DNA of 64,000 nt, taken from NCBI RefSeq assembly GCF_006345805.1, contig NC_043023.1:6634001-6698000 (forward strand). Direction: 5' to 3'. The DNA comes from Octopus sinensis. Its lineage: Eukaryota. This document shows, one piece after another, positions 36,625-50,729 of the stretch (positions within the stretch are counted from its first letter, which is position 1; each line of letters opens with the position of its first letter). Below the pieces are notes generated by a model. That model did no database searches. It saw only the letters and a program-made list of their open reading frames with translations, and had not been told where the DNA came from. The translations under genes and the position numbers were made by a program.

Positions 36625-37590
36625 TTCTTTACTTGTTTCGGCCATTTTGGAACATCGCCTCGATGGGTTTTAGTCGAACAAATCGACCCCAGGACTTGGT
36701 AATTTTAAGCTTAGAGCTTATTCTACAGTTCTCTTTTGCTGAAACGTTAAGTAACCCCACCAACATCGCCTGTAAGCAGTGATGGTGAGGGACAAACACA
36801 TATATTAATATATATATATACACATATATACAATAGGCTTCTTTCAGTTTCCGTCTACCGAATCAACTTATAAGGTGTCACGCAGTGGGACTGAACACAG
36901 AACCATGTAATTGGGAAGCAAGCTTCTTACCACACAGCCAAGCCTGCGCTTATTTATATATATACATACATATATATATTACTCTTTTACTTGTTAGTCA
37001 TTTGACTGCGGCCATGCTGGAGCACCGCCTTTAGTCGAGCAAATCGACCCCGGGACTTATTCTTTTAAGCCTAGTACTTAATCTATCGGTCTCTTTTGCC
37101 GAACTGCTAAGTGACGGGGACGTAAACACACCAGCATCGGTTGTCAAGCAATGCTAGGGGGACAAACACAGACACACAAACACATACACACACACACATA
37201 TATATATATATATACACATATATACGACGGGCTTCTTTCAGTTTTCCATCTACCAAATCCACTCACAAGGCATTGGTCGGCCTAGGGCTATAGTAGAAGA
37301 CACTTGCCCAAGGTGCCATGCAGTGGGACTGAACCCGGAACCATGTGGTTGGTTAGCAAGCTACTTACCACACAGCAACCCCTGCACCTTTATATATTGC
37401 TATATTTTGGGACGGTCATATATATATATATATACGACAGGCTTCTTTCAGTTTCCAAATCCACTCACAAGGCTTTGGTCAGCCCAAAGCTATAGTAGAA
37501 GGCACTTGCCCAAGGTGTCACGCAGTGGGATTGAACATGGAACCATGTGGATGGGAAGCAGGCTTCTTATAAAAGAGTCACATCTGTGCC
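36625..37590 (-). mobile_element. Three tandem family A SINE copies (36625-36950, 36979-37389, 37436-37590)
   Basis: Repeated matches to 271-720. Confidence 0.8.
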
Positions 37591-37807
37591 TACTTTAAAT
37601 TTGAAGGCATTTTCTTACCACACATGCCTCCATCCACGGACTTTTATCCATTTCCATGTCCTTCCTGGTACTTAAAAAATCCCCCACCAATGCTTCTGTG
37701 CTTAGTAAGTTCACTGGACCTTAACTACACTGAAATGAAGGTTTTTTTTTTTTTGGTTTTTTAAGTAAAGTACCCTTAGGAGATGTAACCCCAGATATGC
37801 CATTAGT

Positions 37808-38278
37808 GCAGGCGTGGCTATGCAGTTAAGAAACTTGCTTTGCAATTACATGGTTTTAGGTTCAATTCACTGTGTGGCACCTGGGGCAAACGACTTCTGA
37901 TATCTTTTATTTGTTTCAGTCAATAGACTGAGGCCATGCTGGGGCACCGCATTGAAGAATTTTTAGTCAAATGAATCAACTCCAGTACTTATTTTGGTTT
38001 TAAAATCTGGTACTCGTTCTATCAGTTTCTTTTTGCCAAACCACTAAGTTATGGAGACGAAAACACACCATCACCATTTCTCAAGTGGTGGTGGTCTTTA
38101 GGCTGACCATATATATATATATATGATGGGCTTCTTTCAGTTTCCATCTACCAAATCCACCCACAAGACCCTGGTTCACCCAAGCATACAGTAGAAGACA
38201 CTTGCTTAAGGTGCCATGCAGTGGGATTGAACCCAGAATCATTTGGTTGAGAAGCATGCTTCTTACCACAAAGCTACC
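37808..38278. mobile_element. Diverged family A SINE head (+) followed by a family A copy (-)
   Basis: 37808-37895 plus strand; 37905-38278 minus strand. Confidence 0.65.
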
Positions 38279-38338
38279 CTTAGATAGGCTTATCACCCAA
38301 GCTGATTCCCCATGATAGATAAATATATTTAAATATAT

Positions 38339-38370
<32 letters not shown>

Positions 38371-38419
38371 ATATACAACACACCACACCCCTTAAATATA
38401 TAAACCTACAAATATACTG

Positions 38420-38557
38420 TTACTTATTTTATCGACCCCGAAAGGAAGAAAGGTAAAGTCGACCTTGGTGGAATTTGAACTCAGAACGTAAATGCGGACA
38501 AAATGCTGCTAAGCATTTTTGCCTGGCATGCTAACAATTCTACCAGTTTGCTGCCTC
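38420..38557 (-). mobile_element. Nin-domain SINE 5' part
   Basis: Matches 16440-16575. Confidence 0.65.
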
Positions 38558-38597
38558 AATAATAATAATAATAATGATGATGATGATGATAATAATA

Positions 38598-39154
38598 AAT
38601 GCCCTGATGCAGTACCAGGCAGTGGCTCTCATGGCTTCTGATCTTAACTGATTGGAAGTGTTATCATGTACATTGTTTTGTCTTGGTATAAAAGATGGGC
38701 TACAGCAAATATTCTGCTCAATACCACAGATTTGCTTGTCAGTTGTTTGACCTTAACCAGTTGAGCATGCCCCTTAGTGGCTGACGATGTGTGCATCTCT
38801 GATCACGAGCAGAAGTAGTGGGGGAGCATCATAGCCATGTGTTGAGAGGGATTCTTAGAGGTTTGGATAATTCACTTTGGGAAACATGGGTTTTTTGTTC
38901 AACATCCTTAAACAACCCTTGTTGAGGGACATTTTGAGCGGGATGGGTTACTTGACCAGAAGAAAATTCTAACTGGGCCCCACCTGCAAGGTCATGCGCT
39001 GTTTATCTTGATATGAGATCACCATGTCACGCACATATGGTTGTGATGCATGTGCCTGGTGTACCCTTATCAGACAGGTAATCGTGATGGGTATGCTGGG
39101 CTTCATATATTTTACCCCAGTGTCACTTTGATGGCATGCACTGCTCTCTCACTC
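38598..39154. mobile_element. Family T (TAA)n-flanked element, full length
   Basis: Same ends as 6001-6559. Confidence 0.8.
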
Positions 39155-39199
39155 AATAATAATAATGATGATGATGATGAGTATGATGATGATTTTTTT

Positions 39200-39560
39200 T
39201 ATTGCCACTAGGGCGAAGGATGCTGGGGACAATACAAAGACAGACATAAAATGTGGGGGTTTATATATAATGGAATGATATAAAAAAAAGGGGGTATACA
39301 TGGTATACATTAAAAGAAGGGAAGTATGCATAGTATACGATAGAAAGAGGGAGAGAGAAAAAAATGGGGATTGTGATGAGGGTCTTCCTGATGCACAAAG
39401 AGGACCTCAAGGGATATTCGAGGAATCTCACCCTCCAAGAGTTCCCTAAATACCAAGGACAAGTGCCTTCACCAACTCCTTTCCTCCAACTCACAGGTCT
39501 ACACTCTGAGTGGCACCATTCACTCTTCTTGCCATTTTTCGCAACTTTCACCCACCTTTT
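39200..39560 (-). mobile_element. Possible L1/Tx1-like LINE 3' remnant
   Basis: Degenerate C-terminal-like text followed by a pyrimidine-rich UTR and an A-rich tail; weak resemblance only. Confidence 0.25.
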
Positions 39561-39965
39561 AATAATAAAATAATAATAATAGTAATAATAATAATAATAA
39601 TAGTAATAGTAACAATAATAATAATAATAATAATAATGATATATACATTTAATAATATACTATATATATACACACACATATATATATACATATATATACA
39701 TATATATATATACATATATATATACATATATATATATATATACATATATATATACATATATCATATATAATACATATATAGACATATATATATACATACA
39801 TAATATATATACATACATATATATATACATACATATATATATACATACATATATATATATATTATATAATATATATATCTATATATATATAGATATATAG
39901 ACATATATATATTATACATATATAGACATATATATATATATACATATAATAGACATATATATATA

Positions 39966-40021
<56 letters not shown>

Positions 40022-40663
40022 GTGAGTGGGCAAACAAACAAAAGGGGACAATTTGATTACGTTGGCCCTAGTTATTATTATTATTATTATACATATATAT
40101 AAATAATATATATATATATTTCAGTTTCTTTTCACTGGATCCACTTACATGGCTTTGGTCAGCCTAAGGCGACAGAAGAAGAATAGTTGCCCAAGGTGTC
40201 CCAGAGTGGGACCGAACTGTAGACCACATGGTTGGGAAGCAAGCTTGTTAACTAGGCAGCCACACCTGCACCTCATAACACCCAGTCATAAAAACGAAAC
40301 CCCTGAGGTCTGCTACGACCCATATCAAAATGGGTAAGAACGAACGAGAGGGAACTGGACTCCACAGAAACCCCAAATGCAGGAAACCTGCCCAGGAGAA
40401 TGGTGATTCTGAAAAACAACATGGATATAGTGACATATAAAGAAGAGAAACAAATACAAAACGGTAGTGTAAGGCAGTGCAAAGTCTATGGTGATGTTGG
40501 TGATATATTCTTTCTAATGCTTGTGACTGGATAAAATAGTAAAATGCACTCAATACAGGCTGTAAAGTAGATCATAATAGGAAAAGAACTTCCAAGAAAA
40601 AAACATGCCAAAAACATGATATATATATATATATATTATATATGTGTGTGTATATATATATAT

Positions 40664-40843
40664 ATATAGAAAATAGAAAAGAGTTGAAAAACTACAGAAG
40701 GCTTGTTTTATAAGGTTAATAACATTCTTCTAACATAACGACTTAAATATATTCTTTAACCTTATAAAACAAGCCTTCTGTAGTTTTTTCACTCTTTTCT
40801 ATTTTCTATATATCCAACCACGTGCTTTCACACACCAACTTTC
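40664..40843. mobile_element. Fold-back element (family of 18823-19148, opposite orientation)
   Basis: Arms 40664-40719 and 40756-40812; extension ccaaccacgtgctttcacacaccaactttct. Confidence 0.8.
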
Positions 40844-40865
40844 TCATATATATATATATATAATA

Positions 40866-41214
40866 TAAAAATGTGTACTTACATATAAGAGAACAAAGTG
40901 TACGTACGCCGCTATATATATATGTGTATATATAAAATACAAAATGGGATGAGAACGCAAAACATCCGGACAACTAGGTGATACAAAAAGGGACAACGAA
41001 AAATCCAGATAGACGATACACAAAAAACATAGATGGGTCATTCGAAGCGTTCTATCCTCAGTCAAGAACCGGAGCCGAAATTGCAAGGATGATCCGGTCC
41101 TTGACTGAGGATAGAAAGCTTTGAATGACCCATCTATGTTTTTTGTATCGTCTATCTGGATGTTTTGTTGTCCGGATGCTTTGCGTTCTCGTACCATTTT
41201 GTATTTTATATATA
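40866..41214. mobile_element. Fold-back element in (TA)n
   Basis: Arms 40928-41073 and 41093-41214. Confidence 0.75.
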
Positions 41215-41684
41215 TATATATATATACGTATATACGTACGTAAAAAAATTTTGATGGTTTTAATCTGTTGTTAGATGTGTGTGTGTGTGTGTGTGAGTGT
41301 TTGTGTGTGCGCGGGCGCATAACAGAAGGTGCGGAACTGTAACGGGAGGTAAATATTGTGTCATCCATTCAAACCATTTGACCGTGAAAAAAAAGCAGGA
41401 TGAGATGATTATAATGATGTTGATGATGGTGACAATTATGGAGACATATAGGTGGACATACATGTGTGTGTGTGTGCATGTGTGTGTTCCTGTGTCTGTG
41501 TGCCTCTCTGTGTATGCGTGTGTGTGCCTGTGTCTGTGTGCGTGTGTGCATCTCTGTGTGTTTGTGTGTGTGTATGTGTGCCTGTGTCTGTGTGTGTGTA
41601 TGTGTGCGTCTGTGTGTTTGTGTGTGTGTATGTGTGCCTGTGTCTGTGTTTGTGTGTGTGCCTCTCTCTGTGTTTGTTTGTGTG

Positions 41685-41784
41685 NNNNNNNNNNNNNNNN
41701 NNNNNNNNNNNNNNNNNNNNNNNNNNNNNNNNNNNNNNNNNNNNNNNNNNNNNNNNNNNNNNNNNNNNNNNNNNNNNNNNNNNN
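41685..41784. other. Assembly gap (100 N)
   Basis: Run of exactly 100 N, a placeholder scaffold gap. Confidence 0.99.
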
Positions 41785-42002
41785 AGCAAGCGACCTGATC
41801 TGAGATTGTGTCTGAAGCAAAAACAATTACAGCGTGTAATTTTGTCAGTGAACAAGATGTGGTCTCAAAGTGACGAAAATATTTTGCAAATTAAATTTAA
41901 ATGTTGAAGTGAATCTAATGGTTTTTGTGAGTTTTTTAAATGGCTTATAAACACCTTCCATGCCTGCAATTGTTTATATATATATATATATGTAGTTGTG
42001 GT

Positions 42003-42388
42003 GACACCTGTGCCAGTGGCACATAAAAAGCACCATCCGAACTTGGCCGATGCCAGTGCTGCTTTAACTGGCTTCTGTGCCAGTGGCACGTAAAAAGCAC
42101 CATCTGAGCGTGACCGATGACAGCACCGCCTTGACTGGCTTCCGTGCCGGTGGCACATTAAAAGCACCAACCAATCGTGGCCGCTGCCAGACGCCCCTGG
42201 CACCTGTGCCGGTGGCACGTAAAAAGCACCCACTGCACTCATGGAGTGGTTGGCGTTAGGAAGGGCATCTAGCTGTAGAAACGCTGCCAGATCAGACTGG
42301 AGCCTGGTGCAGCCTCCCGGGCTTCCCAGACCTGGTCAAACCATCCACCCATGCTAGCATGGGGAGAACGGACGTTAAACGATGATGA

Positions 42389-42390
<2 letters not shown>
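42003..42390 (+). mobile_element. Meta-like SINE / RTE-tail with internal tandem repeats
   Basis: Repeated gtgccagtggcac(a/g)taaaaagcacc, then the ggcgttaggaagggcatc...acggacgttaaac(gat)n tail. Confidence 0.75.
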
Positions 42391-42424
<34 letters not shown>

Positions 42425-42432
<8 letters not shown>

Positions 42433-42958
42433 TTTTATTCTTTTATTTGTTTCAGTCATTGACTGTGGCAATGCTGGAGCACTGCCTTTAGTCAAGCAAA
42501 TCGACCCCAGGACTTATTCTTTGTAAGCCTAATACTTATTCTATCGGTCTCTCTTGCTGAACCGCTAAGTGACGGGAACATAAACACACCAGTATCAGTT
42601 GTCAAGCACTGTTGGGAGGACAAACACAGACACACAAAAATATACATATACGACAGGCTTCTTTCAGTTTCCATCTACCAAATCCACTCACAAGGCTTTG
42701 TTCAACATCCTTAAACAACCCTTATTCAGGGACCTTTTGAGCGGGATGGGCTACTCAACCTGAAGAAAATTCTAACTGGGCCCCACCTGCAAGGTCATGT
42801 GCTGTTTATCTTGATATGAGATCACCATGTCATGCACATATGGTTGTGATGCATGTGCCTAGTGTACCCTTATCAGACAGGTAGTCATGATGGGTATAAT
42901 GGGCTTCATATATTTTACCCCAGTGTCACTGTGATGACATGTACTGCTATCTCACTCA
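42425..42958. mobile_element. Family A SINE (3' part, minus) fused to the 3' part of family T
   Basis: Junction near 42700 (caaggctttg|ttcaacatcc). Confidence 0.75.
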
Positions 42959-43317
42959 ATAATAATATAATAATAATAATAATAATAATAACAATAATGA
43001 TAATAATATAACAACAGGAAATAGAGAAATGATCTGAAAATAGAGACAACCAAATGTGGAGAGAGAAAATAGTAACAATCCCTTTGAATAAGAAGTGCAT
43101 TTTAAATTTTTTGTAGCCAATGTGTGTATAAAAATGCTGTTGGTTGTATGAAAATACATATATGTCATCAGTGTATATAAAAAATAAGTGTGCACAGTAT
43201 ACACTTAAAAAGAATCATATTTTTTTCCGTAACAAAAATATGTTTAAACAAGATGTGTGTTGAATATAATTATTAATTATTATGTTGCTTTTAAGCAATT
43301 AACCTTTCTGAGTACAC

Positions 43318-43328
43318 TTTATTTTATT
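43318..43328 (-). terminator. Tandem AATAAA polyadenylation signals (candidate)
   Basis: The minus strand reads cttaataaaataaagtg, about 0.8 kb downstream of the candidate last exon. Confidence 0.3.
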
Positions 43329-43630
43329 AAGTATACATCGGTTTCTTTTATGTGCACTGGTTGCAAAATGTATGCATGTGAAGTCATGCACAGAGGCAGT
43401 GGGCACCTTGAGTTCAAAAAAAGAAGATGCAATGAAATTAACAAAACCAAAAACTGAGAACTCATGAAGATGCACTACATATGGAAAATATTGACATGAA
43501 GCACAGCAACACATTGCGTAGTGTACCTCAGAATTCTATGAAGACAAATTGAGCACTTACTAGGCATAGCACACATTGCAGAGAGTATTCTTAGGTTTAC
43601 ACATGACAAAATAGCACTATGAGGTACAGT

Positions 43631-43673
<43 letters not shown>

Positions 43674-43805
43674 CATATATATTGCGTACAGTACAACCAA
43701 TATAATAAAAAATATGAAACCAAACCAAAAATAATATTGTAAGTACAGAAGGCACACAGAGCTGTGCTCATGGTACAGCAGTGAAAGCACGCAAGACTAC
43801 TTGAC

Positions 43806-43843
<38 letters not shown>

Positions 43844-44126
43844 TGGTGTAATGGAACAGAACCAAAACGGAACTAAGGTTGTTGTTCTCAAGGCCAATGC
43901 ACATATCCATATAGTAATAATGATGATGATGATGATGATGACGATGATGATGATGATTTCTTTTATGATGACGGTGATGACAATGATGTTGACGATGACG
44001 ATGATGATGGTGGTGGTGGTGGTGATGATGACGATGATGATGTTAGTACTGATGGTGGCAATGATGATGATAATGATGATGGTGGTGGTACTGGTGGTGA
44101 TGACAATGATGACATGACGATGATGG

Positions 44127-44203
44127 TTAACAGAAGGGCAGGGGTATACCACGGACGGGGGTGGGCATTACATTGGAATCAAATAACGAAGGAATAAAGA
44201 ACG
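44127..44203 (-). CDS. Candidate alternative last coding exon (phase 1: AFFIPSLFDSNVMPTPVRGIPLPFC*)
   Basis: Acceptor tgtgtctgcag ending at 44204. An alternative acceptor ctttctctctag (exon start 44243) gives ESNKYFLCEMCVCSVLYSFVI*. No homology recognised. Confidence 0.25.
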
Positions 44204-44339
44204 CTGCAGACACACATTTCACAAAGGAAATATTTGTTGGATTCTAGAGAGAAAGGGTCACCCTCCGGGGTTATAAAGTCCTTGTTGAACCCTTCAGTAT
44301 TCAAATTATTTTGCCAAATTTAATGCTTATTTACTCTCC

Positions 44340-45194
44340 ATTTTACTCTTTTACTTGTTTCAGTCATTTGACTGTGGCCATGCTGGAGCACCGCCTTTAG
44401 TCGAGCAAATTGACCCCGGGACTTATTCTTTGTAAGCTGAGTACTAATTCTATCGGTCTCTTTTGCTGAACCACTAAGTTACGGGGCCATAAACACACCA
44501 GCATCGGTTGTCAAGCAATGCTAGGGGGACAAACACAGGCACGCAAACACACACACACACACACACACACATACATATATACATACATATGACAGGCTTC
44601 TTTCAGTTTCCGTCTACCAAATCCGTTCACAAGCCTTTGGTCGGCCTGAGGCTATAGTAGAAGACACTTGCCCAATCTGATCTTAACTGATTGGAAGTGT
44701 TATCATGTACATTGTTTTGTCCTGGTATAAAAGATGGGCTACAGCAAATATTCTGCTCAATACCACAGATTTGCTTGTCAGTTGTTTGACCTTAACCAGT
44801 TGAGCATGTCCCTTAGTGGCTGACGGTATGTCCATCTCTGATCACGAGCAGAAGTAGTGGGGGAGCATCATAGCCATGTGTTGAGAGGAATTCTTAGAGG
44901 TTTGGATAATTCACCTTTGGAAACATGGGTTGTTCATTCAACATCCTTAAACAACCCTTATTCAGGGACCTTTTGAGTGGGACAGGCTACTTGACCAGAA
45001 GAAAATTCTAAGTGGGCCCCACCTGCAAGGTCATGTGCTGTTTATCTTGATATGAGATCACCATGTCGCGCACATATAGTTGTGATGCATGTGCCTAGTG
45101 TACCCTTATCAGACGGGTAGTCATGATGGGTATACTCGGCTTCGTATATTTTACCCCAGTGTCACTTTGATGGCATGCACTGCTCTCTCACTCA
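44340..45194. mobile_element. Family A SINE (minus, truncated head) fused to a family T element
   Basis: Junction near 44675 (cttgcccaa|tctgatcttaac). Confidence 0.75.
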
Positions 45195-45446
45195 ATAATA
45201 ATAATAGTAATAATAATAATAATGATAATAATAATAATAATAATAATAAGTCTTGCTGCAACAGGTATAAGGCCTGAAATCTAGGTACCTGCCAATGACT
45301 AATTTCACTGACCCCAAAAAATAGAAAAAAAAGGGGAAAAAAAAAAGATGAAATGCAAATTCAACCCTTAGCAGGATTTGAACTCAGAACATAAAGAAAT
45401 ATAACAATGACGATGATGATGATGATGACGATGACAACAACGGCAA

Positions 45447-46077
<631 letters not shown>

Positions 46078-46191
46078 TGATGACAACAATGGCAATGATG
46101 ATGATGATGATGATGATTTCTTCATTTGCCATCAGGGTGTCATGGACAAGGGGGGAATAACACAAAGACAGGCATAAACAACAACAACATC

Positions 46192-46224
<33 letters not shown>

Positions 46225-46398
46225 CACGAAATCACGGTAGTGAGTGGGAGAGGGGAAGGAGTGTGTAAGGAGAGGGTGGAGTGAGGTGTGAGGTTGGATG
46301 GGCAGACGATGGCATAAATTAATTGGCAAGGAGGACAGAACGGAACGGACAGACTGACAGACAGACAGAAAGTCTTGGAGAATTAGAAGTTCACTTAC

Positions 46399-46410
46399 CT
46401 TGAGACAGTT
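46399..46410 (-). CDS. Candidate 12-nt in-frame microexon AACTGTCTCAAG (phase 1: ELSQ)
   Basis: Long pyrimidine tract plus tgCTTACcattcctatAG acceptor, and a consensus donor AAG|GTAAGT. Confidence 0.55.
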
Positions 46411-46532
46411 CTATAGGAATGGTAAGCAAGAAAAAAGGGAAAGAGAAGAGAGAATGGAATTGTGAGACAGAGAGAGAGAAAGAGAGAGATAGGGAGGAGG
46501 GAGAGAGAGAGGGTAGAAAGATATGGGGTATA

Positions 46533-46565
<33 letters not shown>

Positions 46566-46619
46566 CATACACACACATCTTTGTCATCACCAACAGTACT
46601 GTCATCGTCAGCATCAGTT

Positions 46620-46879
46620 TTGTTGTTGTTGTTGTTGTTATCATCGTTGCTAACAAATGCCATTGCTCCGACCACCTTCGCCGCCACGACCATTGCCACC
46701 ATCAGCACTATCATCATCATCATCATCATCATCACCATCACCATCACTGGCAACCACCACAACCACCATCAATACCATCATTATCATTATCGCCATCATC
46801 ATCATCTTCATCACCATTGCCACCATCAGCACTATCATCATCATCATCATCATCATCACCATCACTGGCAACCACCACC

Positions 46880-46913
<34 letters not shown>

Positions 46914-47015
46914 TCAACAACATCAACATCATCTTCATCACCATTGCCACCATCAGCACTATCATCATCATTATCATCATCATCATCATCACCATCACTG
47001 GCAACCACCACCACC

Positions 47016-47049
<34 letters not shown>

Positions 47050-47419
47050 ACAACATCAACATCATCCTTCATCACCATTGCCACCATCAGCACTATCATC
47101 ATCATTATCATCATCATCATCATCATCACCATCACTGGCAACCACCACCCACCACCACCACCACACACCATCATCATCATCATCATCAACAACATCAACA
47201 TCATCTTCATCACCATTGCCACCATCAGCCTATCATCATCATTATCATCATCATCATCATCACCATCACTGGCAACCACCACCACACCCCACCACCACCA
47301 TCATCATCATCATCATCAACAACATCAACATCATCTTCATCACCATTGCCACCATAGCACTATCATCATCATCATCATCATCATCATCACCATCACCATC
47401 ACTGGCAACCACCACCACC

Positions 47420-47453
<34 letters not shown>

Positions 47454-47554
47454 ACAACATCAACATCATCTTCATCACCATTGCCACCATCACAGCACTA
47501 TCTCATCATTATCATCATCATCATCATCAACCATCACTGGCAACCACCACCACC

Positions 47555-47588
<34 letters not shown>

Positions 47589-47820
47589 ACACATCAACAT
47601 CATCTTCATCACCATTGCCACCATCAGCACTATCATCATCATCATCATCATCACCATCATCACCATCACTGGCAACCACCACCACCACCACCACCAACAC
47701 CACCATCATCATCATCATCATCACACATCAACATCATCTTCATCACCATTGCCACCATCAGCACTATCATCATCATTATCATCATCATCATCATCACCAT
47801 CACTGGCAACCACCACCACC

Positions 47821-47854
<34 letters not shown>

Positions 47855-47898
47855 ACAACATCAACATCATCTTCATCACCATTGCCACCATCAGCACT

Positions 47899-47930
<32 letters not shown>

Positions 47931-48039
47931 CATCACCATCACTGGCAACCACCACCACCAACCAACCACCACCACCATCATCATCATCAATCATCAACAC
48001 ATCAACATCATCTTCATCACCATTGCCACCATCAGCACT

Positions 48040-48070
<31 letters not shown>

Positions 48071-48097
48071 CCATCACCATCACTGGCACCCCACCAC

Positions 48098-48131
<34 letters not shown>

Positions 48132-48371
48132 TCAACAACATCAACATCATCTTCATCATCACCATTGCCACCATCAGCACTATCATCATCATTATCATAT
48201 CATCATCATCACCATCACATTGGCAACCCCACACCACCACCCCACCACCACCATCATCATCAATCATCATCAACAACATCAACATCATCTTCATCACCAT
48301 TGCCACCATCAGCACTATCATCATCATTATCATCATCATCATCATCACCATCACTGGCAACCACCACCACC

Positions 48372-48405
<34 letters not shown>

Positions 48406-48504
48406 ACAACATCAACATCATCTTCATCACCATTGCCACCATCAGCACTATCATCATCATCATCATCATCACCATCATCACCATCACTGGCAACCACCAC
48501 CACC

Positions 48505-48538
<34 letters not shown>

Positions 48539-48637
48539 ACAACATCAACATCATCTTCATCACCATTGCCACCATCAGCACTATCATCATCATTATCATC
48601 ATCATCATCATCACCATCACTGGCAACCACCACCACC

Positions 48638-48671
<34 letters not shown>

Positions 48672-48953
48672 TCATCATCATTCACACAACCACCACCACT
48701 CATCATCATCATCATCATCAACAACATCAACATCATCTTCATCACCATTGCCACCATCAGCATAAATCATCATCATCATCACATCATCAACCATCACACA
48801 TCACTGGCAACCACCACCCCACCACACCACCACCATCATCTCATCATCATCAACAACATCAACATCATCTCATCACCATGCCACCAACAGCACTATCATC
48901 ATCATTATCATCATCATCATCATCACCATCACTGGCAACCACCACCACCACCA

Positions 48954-48996
<43 letters not shown>

Positions 48997-49130
48997 CCCC
49001 ACCAACCACCATCATCATCATCATCATCATCAACACATCAACATCATCTTCATCACCATTGCCACATCAGCACTATCATCATCATCATCATCATCAACCA
49101 TCATCACCATCACTGGCAACCACCACCACC

Positions 49131-49164
<34 letters not shown>

Positions 49165-49273
49165 ACAACATCAACATCATCTTCATCACCATTGCCACCA
49201 TCAGCACTATCATCATCATCATCAACCATCACCATCATCACCATCATCACCATCACTGGCAACCACCACCACC

Positions 49274-49307
<34 letters not shown>

Positions 49308-49351
49308 ACAACATCAACATCATCTTCATCACCATTGCCACCATCAGCACT

Positions 49352-49382
<31 letters not shown>

Positions 49383-49520
49383 CCATCATCACCATCACTG
49401 GCAACCACCACCACCACCACCACCACCATCATCGTCATTGTCATAATCATCCTCATCACCATTGCCACCATCAGCACTATCATCATCATCATCATAATCA
49501 CTGGCAACCACCACCACCAC
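46620..49520. repeat. Higher-order minisatellite (~120-bp unit of CAT/CAC runs), about 24 copies
   Basis: Unit anchors caccattgccaccatcagcactat, caccatcactggcaac and caacaacatcaacatcatcttcat. Confidence 0.9.
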
Positions 49521-49671
49521 CACCATCATTGTCATTATTGCCATCATCATCATCATCACCATCACCATCACTACCATCATCTAGTCATCACCTTCTTCAT
49601 CATCATCATCATCATCATTGCTGTAATCATCACCATCATCAGCAGCACAACCAACACCACCATGATAATTG

Positions 49672-49708
<37 letters not shown>

Positions 49709-49899
49709 TACCACTACCATCACCATCATCATCACCATCATCATTGTTGACAACACCACCACTACCATCATCATCACCGCTATCGTCCACACCATCCACC
49801 ACCACCCTCATCAACACCGCCACCACCACCACCCACTTACATCAACATCAACATCAACAGGAGTAATTAAAGAATGAGAAACCAGCTTTCAGTGGCCCC

Positions 49900-50480
49900 T
49901 TGACCTATTAAAAATAGCAGCCAAGTTTTCTCCACAGAAAAACACAAAGGAAGGACACACTAGACAATTTATTTTTAGATATGCAAAAAAAAAAAAATAG
50001 AAACAAGCAAAAAAAACAGGATGGAGGTGGAGAGTGTCATGGATGGAATGTCTTCAATCAATTTTGTTGAGTCAGGACTGACCTGGGGCCAACCAACAAT
50101 AACAGAGACTAATATTAATTAGCGTACTATACATTAGGTAATGTAGTCCTAGATACACTATGTCTGAATATGAGACAGGATGGTCACAGCTGGAACATTT
50201 TTAATCATAGGTCTACTGCATCAAGACTGACCTGGGGCTAAACAACAACTATATCCATTAATACAACTATATTGTACATTAGATAATGTAGTCTTAGATA
50301 CACTATGTCTGAATAAAAGATGGGGTGGTCACAGCTGGAGCATCTCTGATTGTAGGTCTGGTGGATCAGGACTGACTTGGGGCTAAAAAACAACAGCATT
50401 TATAGCTGTTATTACTAACTGCTATACTGTACATTAGGTAATGCACTCCTAGATACACTACGCCAGAATGAAATAAAGCA
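49900..50480 (+). repeat. Dispersed repeat with ~135-bp tandemly repeated tail
   Basis: gactgacctggggc...acattaggtaatgtagtcctagatacactatg occurs three times. Confidence 0.65.
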
Positions 50481-50517
50481 TTTTATGCAGTATCTAGGTG
50501 AGACCTGAGGTTTTTAT

Positions 50518-50693
50518 AGGCGCAGGAGTGGCTGTGTGGTAAGTAGCTTGCTTACCAGCCACATGGTTCCGGGTTCAGTCCCACTGCGTGGCACCTTGGG
50601 CAAGTGTTTTCTACTATAGCCTTAGGCCAACCGAAGCCTTGTGAGTGGATTTGGTAGACGGAAACTGAAAGAAGCCTGTCGTATATATGTATA

Positions 50694-50729
<36 letters not shown>

